Part shown: positions 7,431 through 17,354 of the stretch, in pieces | How positions within the stretch are numbered: the stretch's first letter is position 1 | Layout of the letters: every line of letters starts with the position of its first letter | NCBI GenBank assembly: GCA_051251855.1 | Contig: JBPOGI010000004.1 | Span: 192,001 to 256,000, forward strand | DNA from: Roseibacillus sp. | GTDB taxonomy: Bacteria; Verrucomicrobiota; Verrucomicrobiia; Verrucomicrobiales; Akkermansiaceae | Direction of reading: 5' to 3' | DNA: 64,000 nucleotides | Notes under the pieces: model-generated | What the model was told of the DNA's origin: nothing | Databases searched by the model: none | The model's input: the letters and a program-made list of their open reading frames with translations, nothing else | Made by a program: the position numbers and the translations under genes

Positions 7431-10082
7431 ATGTCCGAAGACGCCTCACCTTTCGAACTTCTTCCCGCTGAGGAAGTTGAAAACCTCTTGCCTTCCTATA
7501 GCCAAATTTCTTTTCTCGCAAAAGGAGGCATGGCAGCCGTTTACCGTGGGGTGCAAACATCCCTGGAGCGCCCCGTCGCCATCAAAATGCTCCCAGCGGA
7601 ATTCGGGGCAGACGAGTCCTTCCGGCTCCGCTTTGTGGCAGAAGGTAAAGCGATGGCTCGCCTCAACCATCCCAACCTAGTCGGCATCTTCGATTTCGGA
7701 CAAGTGGATAACCTTCTCTACCTCGTTATGGAATTCGTGGAAGGGCAGACCCTGCACGAACATGCCTACGGCTCACCCATGGACGAGCTCGAAGCAGTTG
7801 ACCTTTGTCAAAAAGTCGCCGATGGCCTCGCCCATGCCCACGAGCACGGCATTCTCCATCGCGACATCAAGCCAGCCAACGTGCTCCTTGATAAAAACCT
7901 CAACCCCAAGCTCGGTGACTTCGGACTCGCCGAAGGAGACGAACGCGAAGAAGGCGATGACCTCGTCTTTGGCACCCCCGGCTACACCTCGCCTGAGGTC
8001 ATGGCAAATCCCGCCGCTGCCGACGAAAAGGCTGATATTTTTGCCATTGGTATCATGCTCTACGAGCTCATTACTACCACCCTGCCGGCAGACCCTTACC
8101 AGCCGCCATCCCGCGTTGCTAATACCGATCCTCGCATCGACCCCATCATCGCGACCGCTATACAACCTGACCCCAATCACCGCTACGCCTCTGCCAGCGA
8201 ACTCGCGGCGAGCTTGAAAAGCCTTCACGAGAAAATGAAGGCCGCTCCTCGCAAAAAGTTAGCCACCAAAGGCTCTTCAGGCAGCGCGGCCCGAACTCTC
8301 AAGGTCGACGCCCCCGCGCCTCCCAAAGATTTTCCCAACCCTGGGTCTGTCTTGGCTACCGGTGATTCCAATGGAGGCTCCGCGGCCCCGCCCCGCAGCC
8401 CCGCTCCCGCCATGGCAGGAGCAGCGCCCTCGAATCTCCCTTTGATTCGAAATCTCATTATTATTGGAATGCTCTGCGCAGCCATCGCCGTGGCATGGGA
8501 TGCACTCAAAGGCAAACAGGCGCGAATCGACAAAGAGAATCAGGTTCAGATCGAAAAAGCAGATCGCGAGAAAGCCAGGAAAGCCAAACTTGAAGCCGCT
8601 CGCCTCGCCAAGATGCAAGGCGGAGGCTCGCCCACAAACTCCGGCCAAGGATCCGCGACTGGCAAGACCAAGCCTACCGAACCTCACGTTCCCGAAGTCG
8701 AAGCACCCATCCCGCTCAGCCCTCGCGAGCAACTCGACGAACTCCAGTCTGCCCTGCAAGCTGGAGAGCGAGATCGCTTCCCCGAAGGCTCCAAGCAAAG
8801 AGGCACTGCTCGCTACTTCTTCATCAACGACGCACTCACTTGGTATGAAGCCATCGAATTCGCAGAAAGCTACGGTGGACACTTGGCAATGGCCCCCAAA
8901 GACAGCGACCTCAGCTGGTTAGCGAAAGAAATCCCGACCGACGACGATATCTGGCTCGGTGCAGGCGCCATCTCCCGCAGTGATTGGGAGTGGCTCGACG
9001 ACAGCATCGAGTTTGAACATAAAAAGCCTCGCACCAGCACCGGCACTGCCGCCATGGTAACAAATACCGGCTTCATCAGAGCGCGTGAGCCCTCCCTCAA
9101 ATTGCCCTTCTTCATTCAGTGGAACGACAACGGCAAGCGACTCGGCAGCCGAGAAATAGACTTCTTACAACTGTCGGAGACCCTCACTACTTCCGCGCCG
9201 TCTTGGCCTCCTGGCGTCATCTCCTACGAAGAGCGCCGCTACCTCATTCTCGGACGCTCTTTGACTCAATCCGAAGCCGCTGCCATCGCCGCCAGTGCCG
9301 GAGGAGCCCTCGCTGTCCCCTCCAACGAACTTGAAGCCTCCTTCCTCATGGAAGCGGTCACCAAATCTGGTCTTTCCGCCCTCTGGCTGGGAGGAGAAAA
9401 GCGAGGCGATGCATGGGCTTGGAGCACTAACGAGCCCTGGGAATTCGCACGCTGGAATGATGGCTATCCTCTTCCTGCAGAAAAGGCCGTCGCCCTCCAA
9501 ACGGTCGGCAAGGGATGGATCAACACCGATCCGTATCAAGATGCGCCCGGCTTCATCATCGAGTGGTCCGACGACGCCAAAAACGCTCCCGAATCCGAAG
9601 TTGCTCAGAACGATGGCCTCGCCGCCCTGAATACTCTTCGCGCCAAGGCGAAACGGTTCCTTGCGACCGAACAAAAGAAAACGCTCAAGGTCACCAAAGA
9701 CAACTACTTAGCCCAAGGCATGGCCATGAGACAAATGTTGCGAAACATCGCCAAAGAAGACGCCAAGGTCATTGGAGCTCGTTACGAGAAGTATCTCGCA
9801 GCCTCTGCGGGAAGTCGTCTTCTCGACCCCGCCGACTCTCCCATTGCAGGAGCCAATGATGCCGTTAAAATTCTCACCCGTTACTTTGAGATTCAAAGCG
9901 AGGCTGAGGCGAAACTCGTGAGCACCGCAGCTAAGGTCAGAATCAGCTACCACAAGGAGATCGACGACCTGATCACGGATGCAAAAGCCAAAGGACTCGC
10001 GTCCCAAGTCTCTCCCATGGAAAAAGAAAAAGTCGCTACTGGCACCTCAGGCGCGAGCTTCCTCCGACATTTGGGGCTCTAA
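7431..10082 (+). CDS. Hanks-type Ser/Thr kinase with TM segment and two C-type-lectin-like domains
   Basis: KGGMAAVY, VAIKML, HRDIKPAN, DFG, GTPGY; TM helix; LTWYEA..GGHLA..IWLG..WEW and GGALA..LWLGG..WAWS. Confidence 0.88.
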   Translation: MSEDASPFELLPAEEVENLLPSYSQISFLAKGGMAAVYRGVQTSLERPVAIKMLPAEFGADESFRLRFVAEGKAMARLNHPNLVGIFDFGQVDNLLYLVMEFVEGQTLHEHAYGSPMDELEAVDLCQKVADGLAHAHEHGILHRDIKPANVLLDKNLNPKLGDFGLAEGDEREEGDDLVFGTPGYTSPEVMANPAAADEKADIFAIGIMLYELITTTLPADPYQPPSRVANTDPRIDPIIATAIQPDPNHRYASASELAASLKSLHEKMKAAPRKKLATKGSSGSAARTLKVDAPAPPKDFPNPGSVLATGDSNGGSAAPPRSPAPAMAGAAPSNLPLIRNLIIIGMLCAAIAVAWDALKGKQARIDKENQVQIEKADREKARKAKLEAARLAKMQGGGSPTNSGQGSATGKTKPTEPHVPEVEAPIPLSPREQLDELQSALQAGERDRFPEGSKQRGTARYFFINDALTWYEAIEFAESYGGHLAMAPKDSDLSWLAKEIPTDDDIWLGAGAISRSDWEWLDDSIEFEHKKPRTSTGTAAMVTNTGFIRAREPSLKLPFFIQWNDNGKRLGSREIDFLQLSETLTTSAPSWPPGVISYEERRYLILGRSLTQSEAAAIAASAGGALAVPSNELEASFLMEAVTKSGLSALWLGGEKRGDAWAWSTNEPWEFARWNDGYPLPAEKAVALQTVGKGWINTDPYQDAPGFIIEWSDDAKNAPESEVAQNDGLAALNTLRAKAKRFLATEQKKTLKVTKDNYLAQGMAMRQMLRNIAKEDAKVIGARYEKYLAASAGSRLLDPADSPIAGANDAVKILTRYFEIQSEAEAKLVSTAAKVRISYHKEIDDLITDAKAKGLASQVSPMEKEKVATGTSGASFLRHLGL

Positions 10083-10103
10083 CATTCCATCCTCTTTCAA
10101 GCG

Positions 10104-10598
10104 CTACTTCCAAGCCGGCAGCCTCCGAGCTTGGAATTTTTCTTTATCGCGCACCTTTCTGGTCCAGCGAGGGCCATCTGCTTCGGTTTGACCTTGGGTA
10201 TCAAAGCGCACCCCAGCCACGGTCACAAAGACGTGTCCTTTCCGAACCCAGACAGTCAAATAGCGCCCCTTTCCTTTTTCTCCAAACTCAAAAAAACCAC
10301 CCGACGAACGCACACCCTTCATCGCTCCAATCTCTCGAAGGAAGAAACTCGCCGCCCCCGAACAATCGTAACCTGTATCTTCGAACTGGGCGTGTCCTCC
10401 TCCATACTTGTAGGGCTTTCCTATCAGCTTATTTCCAGCCGCCACCGCTTTCTTCACAATCTTCGGAGCTTCCGCCGAAGCCACTGCTCGGCCATCCTTG
10501 CCCAAAGTCACCAAAGGTGTCGCCACCTCCGCTTGCACTAAAGTAGCCCAGCTCCATAGGAAAAAACCAACGATTGCAAATCGAATCATAATAGCCAT
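10104..10598 (-). CDS. NlpC/P60-like peptidoglycan endopeptidase
   Basis: Signal peptide; KPYKYGGGH, YDCSG, GHVF. Confidence 0.8.
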   Translation of the reverse strand: MAIMIRFAIVGFFLWSWATLVQAEVATPLVTLGKDGRAVASAEAPKIVKKAVAAGNKLIGKPYKYGGGHAQFEDTGYDCSGAASFFLREIGAMKGVRSSGGFFEFGEKGKGRYLTVWVRKGHVFVTVAGVRFDTQGQTEADGPRWTRKVRDKEKFQARRLPAWK

Positions 10599-10641
10599 GA
10601 CTCTGCAACGAGCTCAGCTCGAATTCCATTCACCCCGAATT

Positions 10642-11340
10642 TCATCGACGCCTCCGAAGAGCGAAGCAAAGCGCCAGCCCACTCAACAAAGCCACCGATG
10701 GCTCGGGCACAACCTTAATTGAAAAAGGAGTGTGTGTTCCGGGAAAAGTCGCAGTCCCCTGATCCTCAAATCTCTCGGTAGGAGTGAAAAAATCAATTTC
10801 CTCAAAACCTGTCACCGCATAGGTCCCCGGAGTTGCATCGAGAGGAACGGTCCAATCAATTTGGAAAACCCAATCCGCATCCCAAGTAGTCACCCCTGCC
10901 TCTGGACGGTCGAGAATATCATCCGCGCGCAAAATTCCAAAGTCTCCCGAAGAAGTTGATGGAATGAACTCATTGTCTGCGTCGGCGGCATCGACCATGA
11001 AACCAGAAACGGCACCATTCGTACTGGCTAAAGGAACAATGAACGAGCCATCAGCATTCGCTCCCTCAAAAGTGATTGTGGAAATCCCCAAGTCGATTGA
11101 ATAGTCAACAACACCCAATCCAACACCAAGATTACCCCCTGCTGCCCAGCGAGTTACAACCTCGAATGAGAATGTGTCTCCTGGAGACATACACGTATTT
11201 GTAAGCGGAAGAATATCAATATTCCATTCCACTCCTTCGAGCGACGAGGGAGATTGCGCCATCAGAGCTGAAGCGGAACAAATGTTGAGAAAGAATAGGG
11301 GATACTTCGCCATGCCAAACATTAGCATTTTTCGAACCAT
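10642..11340 (-). CDS. PEP-CTERM sorting-domain protein
   Basis: C-terminal VPEPS-hydrophobic-RRRR. Confidence 0.8.
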   Translation of the reverse strand: MVRKMLMFGMAKYPLFFLNICSASALMAQSPSSLEGVEWNIDILPLTNTCMSPGDTFSFEVVTRWAAGGNLGVGLGVVDYSIDLGISTITFEGANADGSFIVPLASTNGAVSGFMVDAADADNEFIPSTSSGDFGILRADDILDRPEAGVTTWDADWVFQIDWTVPLDATPGTYAVTGFEEIDFFTPTERFEDQGTATFPGTHTPFSIKVVPEPSVALLSGLALCFALRRRR

Positions 11341-11371
11341 CTAACAATCATTAAAAACTTCGAAATCCATA

Positions 11372-11992
11372 TTAGTTAAGATACTTAATAACAAGCCGTA
11401 ACGCTCGGCCGCGGTGACTCATCCCGTTCTTAATCTCTGCACCCAGCTCCGCAAAAGTCTCTTCGTAACCCTCGGGGATGAAATACGGGTCATAGCCAAA
11501 GCCCCCCTCTCCCCGCGGCTTTTCCACCAATCGACCCTCCACCGAGCCAGCAAACTCTCCCAACGACTCTCCCCCCTTCGCCAGCACCATCACACAACGA
11601 AACCGCCCCGTGCGCTTCTCCTCGGGAACACTGGGCAACTCGCGTTCGAGCCGAGCATTATTCTTCAAATGATTCCCTTCCTCCCCGCCATAACTTGACG
11701 ACCAAACCCCCGGCTCTCCATTCAAGCCATCCACTTCCAAACCCGAGTCGTCAGCGAGCACCAGCCCTTCAACCTCTCTACTAATACCCACCGCCTTCAA
11801 GCTCGCGTTCTCCGAAAAAGTCGTCCCCGTCTCCTCAATCTCAGGCAAAGACACCCCCTCCGCTTCCAGCTCAGTAACATCAATCACCTCGTAAATACCT
11901 TGCAGCATCTCCCGAATCTCAATCGTCTTTTTCTTATTCCGCGTTGCCACAATCAATCGTTCCAAGGGAGCTGCCATCCCCCTTCTCAACAA
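11372..11992 (-). CDS. rdgB: Non-canonical purine NTP pyrophosphatase (RdgB/HAM1)
   Basis: ATRNKKK, EETGTTFSENA, ADDSGLEVD, GFGYDP, KNGMSHRG; true start may be slightly downstream. Confidence 0.92.
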   Translation of the reverse strand: MLRRGMAAPLERLIVATRNKKKTIEIREMLQGIYEVIDVTELEAEGVSLPEIEETGTTFSENASLKAVGISREVEGLVLADDSGLEVDGLNGEPGVWSSSYGGEEGNHLKNNARLERELPSVPEEKRTGRFRCVMVLAKGGESLGEFAGSVEGRLVEKPRGEGGFGYDPYFIPEGYEETFAELGAEIKNGMSHRGRALRLVIKYLN

Positions 11993-12043
11993 AAGATTCT
12001 TTTTTTGTGAAATAAATTCCGCGTCTCCTGCATCCTACGAGGG

Positions 12044-12472
12044 ATGAAAGCAATCCTAACGACCCTCGCTCTATTCCTCACCGCTACTTTCGCCACTGCG
12101 GCCAATGAAGACTGGAGCACCGACCTCAAAGCAGCCTTCGCCAAGGCGAAAAAAGAAAACAAACATGTCCTCGTGGAGTTCACTGGCTCCGACTGGTGCC
12201 CACCCTGCAAAATGATGCGCAAGAATGTCTTCTCTAAGAAGAGCTTCACCAGCAAGGCCTCCGAAGACTTTATTCTCGTCGAACTCGACTATCCACGCGG
12301 CGACAAAGCCCTCGCCAAAAAGAACGAGCCCTATGCGGAGAAATACAAAATCGAAGGCTTTCCTACCGTCATTCTCTTCAATCCCAAGGGAAAAGAATAC
12401 AACCGCTTCTACGCTTCCGAGCATCCCTCGATTGACAAATTCCTCGCCCACTTGAAGAAAGTCAAAAAGTAG
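12044..12472 (+). CDS. Secreted thioredoxin-family protein
   Basis: Signal peptide; FTGSDWCPPC; GFPT cis-Pro loop. Confidence 0.9.
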   Translation: MKAILTTLALFLTATFATAANEDWSTDLKAAFAKAKKENKHVLVEFTGSDWCPPCKMMRKNVFSKKSFTSKASEDFILVELDYPRGDKALAKKNEPYAEKYKIEGFPTVILFNPKGKEYNRFYASEHPSIDKFLAHLKKVKK

Positions 12473-12514
12473 CCCCCCTTCTTGGTAATTTCCCCCCGAA
12501 AGGACCAAATTGAG

Positions 12515-12551
12515 AAAACCCCGTCCGAGCGCTGCTGCTTGGCGGGGTTTT
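12515..12551 (+). terminator. Probable terminator hairpin
   Basis: AAAACCCCG...CGGGGTTTT flanking a GC stem. Confidence 0.55.
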
Positions 12552-12640
12552 CCTTTTTAAGCTTCCGGACTCGCGTTCTTGCAAAAGGAACTAAAATCCC
12601 TTGAATAAAAGACGGCCTCCCCAAGGTCATAGTATCAGTT

Positions 12641-13786
12641 ATGAAGAAGTTTCTCCCTCTCTTGCTCGCCCTCGTCGCGCTTCCTTTCCTTCAGTCCTGC
12701 GTCGGACCCGGCTATTATGGCTCCAGCTACGGCTCTGCCACCAATTACGGCGCCAGCGTCGGTATCATCTCCACTTCTCATTCACGTTGGGGATATGACC
12801 CCTATCGCCGCTCCTACTACGACTACTCTCTCGGGCAATACTACAACCTTAACGGCGGTCGCTACTACACCAGCCTCCCTACCCGCTACAATAGCCCCTA
12901 TTATCCCAGCTACTACACGCGTGGTTCCTCTTTGCGCTGTCCCACCAATCTCCCCTACCTGAACACCAGTTTCAGCCGTCCATCGGTCACCTTCGCCAGC
13001 ACCGGCAACTCCCGCTGGGCCTATGATCCCTATCGTCGTTCCTACTACGACAAACAAAGTAAGCGCTACTACAACACTTCCAGTGGCAGTTACTACAACT
13101 CGCTTCCCAAGCGCCATTCATCCCCCTCTTACCCCAGCGGACATCGCTCCGGACAACAGGTCCAGCTGCACAACCGCCTCCCCTACGTCAGCCATCAGAG
13201 CAGCTCTCAGCGCACACGTAGCAGTAGCTCCAGCAGCCGCAATCAACGCCACAGCTATCCCTCTAGCAACCAGCGCTCCGTTTTCCCAAGTCGAAACAGT
13301 CGTAGCACTCAGCGTCCGACCATTAACAGTTCCAGTTACCGCACTCGCTCATCAAGCAGCAGACCATCTTCCAGCTCACAGCGAAGCCGCCCTTCTAGTT
13401 CCCCGAGCCGGACCACAACCCGCACTCAGGTCATCCCGCAGAATCAACCAACGCGCACTCAACCAACGCGCACTCAACCAACGCGCACTCAGCAAACACG
13501 TACTCAGCAAACGCGCACCCAACCTTCCCGCTCCTCCTCTGAACGCGCCCAGCAAGCCCTTCGCCAAAGGAACGAACAGGCCGCCAGAGCAAGCGAAGCC
13601 GCAAGAACGCGCGAAAGCTCATCTCGAAGCAACCGCGGTAGCTCAATCGCACCCACCTCGCGAGGAAGCAATCGTAGCGGAAATTCAACCTCCACCCAAA
13701 GACAACCCAGCCCTCGGTCTTCCAGCAATGGAAGTGGGCGCGGCTCCAGAGGCAGCTCAAGTGAGTCTGGTCGCGGAATCTACTAA
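12641..13786 (+). CDS. Lipoprotein with duplicated Tyr-rich octamer module and Ser/Arg-rich disordered tail
   Basis: Lipobox LQSC; two RW(G/A)YDPYRRSYYD blocks; PTRTQ repeats. Confidence 0.7.
   Translation: MKKFLPLLLALVALPFLQSCVGPGYYGSSYGSATNYGASVGIISTSHSRWGYDPYRRSYYDYSLGQYYNLNGGRYYTSLPTRYNSPYYPSYYTRGSSLRCPTNLPYLNTSFSRPSVTFASTGNSRWAYDPYRRSYYDKQSKRYYNTSSGSYYNSLPKRHSSPSYPSGHRSGQQVQLHNRLPYVSHQSSSQRTRSSSSSSRNQRHSYPSSNQRSVFPSRNSRSTQRPTINSSSYRTRSSSSRPSSSSQRSRPSSSPSRTTTRTQVIPQNQPTRTQPTRTQPTRTQQTRTQQTRTQPSRSSSERAQQALRQRNEQAARASEAARTRESSSRSNRGSSIAPTSRGSNRSGNSTSTQRQPSPRSSSNGSGRGSRGSSSESGRGIY
13445..13519 (+). repeat. 15-bp coding tandem repeat, 5 units (Q-P/Q-TRT)
   Basis: CAACCAACGCGCACT x3 then CAGCAAACACGTACT and CAGCAAACGCGCACC. 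Confidence 0.85.
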
Positions 13787-13806
13787 GATCGTCTCTCCCT
13801 TTCCCC

Positions 13807-13842
13807 AAAAGCCGCTCGTCTTGATCGACCAGCGGCTTTTTT
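13807..13842 (+). terminator. Rho-independent terminator
   Basis: AAAAGCCGCT..GTC-TTGATC-GAC..AGCGGCTTTTTT. Confidence 0.75.
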
Positions 13843-13906
13843 GTCCGAAAAAACGACCTCATAAGTCTGGACTCTGCAATCTGGATTCAAGAGTCTCCCC
13901 CGCATT

Positions 13907-16465
13907 ATGTCCGACGAACGCTCCAAACCCTTTCCCTTCCACGAATTCGAACCCCGCTGGCAAAAGCGCTGGGCCGACGAAAAGACCTACCGCACCGCCG
14001 GACCTGGCGAAGACGGCTTCGACGCCTCCAAGCCCAAATACTTCGTCCTCGACATGTTCCCCTATCCCAGCGGCGCCGGCCTCCATGTCGGACACCCCGA
14101 GGGCTACACCGCCACCGACATCATCGGTCGCTACAAGCGCATGAACGGCTTCAACGTCCTCCACCCCATGGGTTGGGACGCCTTTGGCCTCCCCGCCGAA
14201 CAATACGCCATCAAAACCGGCCAACACCCCCGCGTCACCACCGAGGCCAACATCGACAACTTCCGCCGCCAGCTCCAGTCCCTCGGCTTCGCCTACGACT
14301 GGGATCGCGAGGTCAACACCACCGACCCTGGCTACGTCAAGTGGACGCAATGGATCTTCCTCCAGCTCTACAAATCCTACTTCTGCGAAAAAACGCAAAA
14401 AGCCCAGCCTGTTTCTCAACTCGAGGATAAAGGCTGGTCCCCCGAACAAATCGACGAAGTCCGCCTCGCCTTCATTCACGAAGCCCCCGTCAACTGGTCT
14501 CCCAGCATGGGCACCGTCCTCGCCAACGAGGAAATCGAAGAATGGAAAGCAAAGGGCGAAACTGTGGAACGTCGACCACTTCGACAATGGATGCTGCGTA
14601 TCACCAAATACTCCCAACGCCTCATCGACGAACTCGAGCCCCTCGACTGGCCCGACTCCATTAAAGCCCTGCAACGCAACTGGATCGGCCGCAGCGAAGG
14701 AGCCGAGGTGGACTTCAAAGTTCTCATCATCGATGAAGAGAAGTCCAAGGACGACGAGTCTCGCCACCTTAAGGAAGGCGACGATAGAATCACTGTCTTC
14801 ACCACCCGACCCGACACCCTCTTCGGAGCTACCTACATGGTCCTCGCTCCCGAGCACCCCCTCGTCGCCGAAATCACCACCCCCGAACAATCCGACGCAG
14901 TCAAATCCTACCAAGACACCTGCGCCAACAAATCCGACCTCGAGCGCGGCGACCTCAACAAGGACAAAAGCGGCGTCTTCACCGGAGCCCACGCCATCAA
15001 CCCCGTCAACCAAGAGCCCATCCCGATCTGGATCGCAGACTACGTCATGATGGGCTACGGCACCGGTGCCATCATGGCTGTTCCCGCCCACGACGAACGC
15101 GACTTCGAGTTCGCCAAAAAGTTCGAACTCCCCATCACCCAAGTGGTGCAACCCAAAGGCGACGACGACTGGCAAGGTTTCACCGGAAACGGGACCTCCA
15201 TTAACTCCGGTTTCCTCGACGGCCTCGCTACCCCTGAAGCCAAAGCAAAAATCATCGACTGGCTCGAAAGCGAAGGCAAAGGCACCCGCAAAATCCAATT
15301 CAAACTGCGCGACTGGCTCTTCTCCCGCCAGCGTTACTGGGGCGAGCCCTTCCCTCTCCTTTGGGACAAAGAGACCGGCGAACACTCCCCACTCCCCGAA
15401 AGCGAACTCCCCCTTCTCCAACCCGAGATGGAAGACTTCAAGCCCACCGGCGACCCCCGTGGCCCCCTCCTGAATTGCACCGACTGGATCAACTACAGCG
15501 ACACCCTCCGTCGCGAGACCAATACCATGCCCCAGTGGGCCGGCTCTTGTTGGTATTACCTCCGCTATTGCGACCCAGGTAACGAACAAGCCTTCATATC
15601 CAAAGAAGCGGAAGACTACTGGTCCGGCGACAACGCCCACGTTGACCTCTACATCGGCGGCACCGAACATGCCGTCCTGCACCTTCTCTACGCCCGCTTC
15701 TGGCACAAGGTCCTCAACGACCTCGGCCACCTGAGCACCAACGAGCCCTTCAAAAAGCTCGTCAACCAAGGCCTCATCATGGGTGAGGACGGACAAAAAA
15801 TGTCCAAGTCCCTCGGCAACGTCGTCAACCCCGATGAAGTCGTCGAAAAATACGGCGCGGACTCCCTCCGCCTCTACGAAATGTTCATGGGCCCCCTCGA
15901 GCAGGTCAAACCCTGGTCCATGAAAGGCGTCGAAGGCGTCTCCCGCTTCCTTGCTAAAGTTTGGCGTCTCCAAGACAAGGTTAGTGCCGAATCCAAAGGC
16001 GGCGACCTCGCCAAGATCACCCACCACACCATCAAGAAAGTCGGCGAAGACATCGAGGCCCTCAAATTCAACACCGCCATCTCCACCATGATGGAATGCG
16101 TGAACGCCTACACCTCCGCCAAAGAGATTCCCCAAGACCTCTTCCTCGACTTCTTGAAAGTCCTCAATCCCTTCGCGCCCCACCTCACCGAAGAATTGAA
16201 CTCCAAACTCGGCGGAACCGAACTTCTCAGCGAACAACCGTGGCCCGCCTTCGACGAATCCCTCCTCGTCGAATCCGAAATCACCATCATCGTGCAAGTC
16301 AACGGCAAGCTCCGCGCCAAACTCCAAGTCCCCGCCGACTCCGACAAAGCCACCCTCGAAGACCTCGCCAAGGGAGAGCCTAACGTGCAACAACACACCG
16401 AAGGCAAAACCATCCGCAAAGTCATCGTCGTTCCCGGCAAGTTGGTTAACATAGTCGCCAACTAA
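13907..16465 (+). CDS. leuS: Leucine--tRNA ligase
   Basis: [49 protein letters not shown]. Confidence 0.98.
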   Translation: MSDERSKPFPFHEFEPRWQKRWADEKTYRTAGPGEDGFDASKPKYFVLDMFPYPSGAGLHVGHPEGYTATDIIGRYKRMNGFNVLHPMGWDAFGLPAEQYAIKTGQHPRVTTEANIDNFRRQLQSLGFAYDWDREVNTTDPGYVKWTQWIFLQLYKSYFCEKTQKAQPVSQLEDKGWSPEQIDEVRLAFIHEAPVNWSPSMGTVLANEEIEEWKAKGETVERRPLRQWMLRITKYSQRLIDELEPLDWPDSIKALQRNWIGRSEGAEVDFKVLIIDEEKSKDDESRHLKEGDDRITVFTTRPDTLFGATYMVLAPEHPLVAEITTPEQSDAVKSYQDTCANKSDLERGDLNKDKSGVFTGAHAINPVNQEPIPIWIADYVMMGYGTGAIMAVPAHDERDFEFAKKFELPITQVVQPKGDDDWQGFTGNGTSINSGFLDGLATPEAKAKIIDWLESEGKGTRKIQFKLRDWLFSRQRYWGEPFPLLWDKETGEHSPLPESELPLLQPEMEDFKPTGDPRGPLLNCTDWINYSDTLRRETNTMPQWAGSCWYYLRYCDPGNEQAFISKEAEDYWSGDNAHVDLYIGGTEHAVLHLLYARFWHKVLNDLGHLSTNEPFKKLVNQGLIMGEDGQKMSKSLGNVVNPDEVVEKYGADSLRLYEMFMGPLEQVKPWSMKGVEGVSRFLAKVWRLQDKVSAESKGGDLAKITHHTIKKVGEDIEALKFNTAISTMMECVNAYTSAKEIPQDLFLDFLKVLNPFAPHLTEELNSKLGGTELLSEQPWPAFDESLLVESEITIIVQVNGKLRAKLQVPADSDKATLEDLAKGEPNVQQHTEGKTIRKVIVVPGKLVNIVAN

Positions 16466-16472
16466 GGCTGGC

Positions 16473-17234
16473 TTGATGAAGAGGGTTTTACTTGCCAGCT
16501 TACTCGTCGGAGCTTTTCTCACGGCCAAGATTACCGCTGGAGACTGGTCCCCTTCTCCGGTGACTCAATGGCTAGTACAAACTCCCAAGCCAATTACGCC
16601 CAAGGTTCAGGAAGACGATTTTTCCTGCGGCTTCTTGGCCCTCTCATCGATTTACCAAAGCTACGGTCTAGATGCCGAACAAGCCCGTCTTCGCGAGAGA
16701 CTGGGAACCAACATCCCAGCCATCCCTTTTATTAAGTCTTCTAACGGGACCCTCCAACCCGACCTCTTTCGAGTTCTCAAGCAAGACGGATTTAGAGTAG
16801 AAACACTAAATCCGAAAAACCCTATGGAGATCCAGTTGCTCAAAGATCACCTTCAGGGGCCACACTACGCTCTCGCCTTAGTCAGCACTGCGCGGGCCGG
16901 AGGCCTTCACTGGATCGTCTTTACTGATTTCGACGATACTAGCGGAGCGGTCACTATTGCAGACTCCCTTCAGAGCAATCTACAAGAGCAACCGCTTTCT
17001 GAGCTTGTCGATACTACTTTGATCAGAGCACTCCTTCTACAGCCAGGCAGCCCTGATCCCAACGGTTCCTATGGTGCAGCCCACTGGATCGGAACCCAAG
17101 AAATGCTCTTCACTCTCACAACGACCCAAAAAATTCTAATCTCGGTTATCCTTCTAGCTCTTTTGGCAGCCTCCGTCTTCATCGTCTTGCGCCTAGCGAA
17201 GTTCATTGCCAACCTCAGAAGAAAAAGGGGCTAG
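16473..17234 (+). CDS. Membrane-anchored C39-like cysteine peptidase
   Basis: Signal peptide; QEDDFSCG, GLHWIV, IADS (Q-C-H-D); C-terminal TM and basic tail. Confidence 0.6.
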   Translation: MMKRVLLASLLVGAFLTAKITAGDWSPSPVTQWLVQTPKPITPKVQEDDFSCGFLALSSIYQSYGLDAEQARLRERLGTNIPAIPFIKSSNGTLQPDLFRVLKQDGFRVETLNPKNPMEIQLLKDHLQGPHYALALVSTARAGGLHWIVFTDFDDTSGAVTIADSLQSNLQEQPLSELVDTTLIRALLLQPGSPDPNGSYGAAHWIGTQEMLFTLTTTQKILISVILLALLAASVFIVLRLAKFIANLRRKRG

Positions 17235-17354
17235 TCCGGCCCGATTTCTACTCCAAATCGTCCCCAACAACCTGAGAATCAGGTCCGCAAGCTCCAGTTA
17301 AACCACACGTTAAACTCTCTTTCTTCAGGCATCTAAGAGAAACAGAAAGGTAAA

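Noticed and set aside
13859..16528. 889-aa antisense ORF over leuS, and many similar long shadow ORFs
   Set aside because: No recognisable motifs; explained by strongly C-ending codon usage suppressing stops in the opposite frame.
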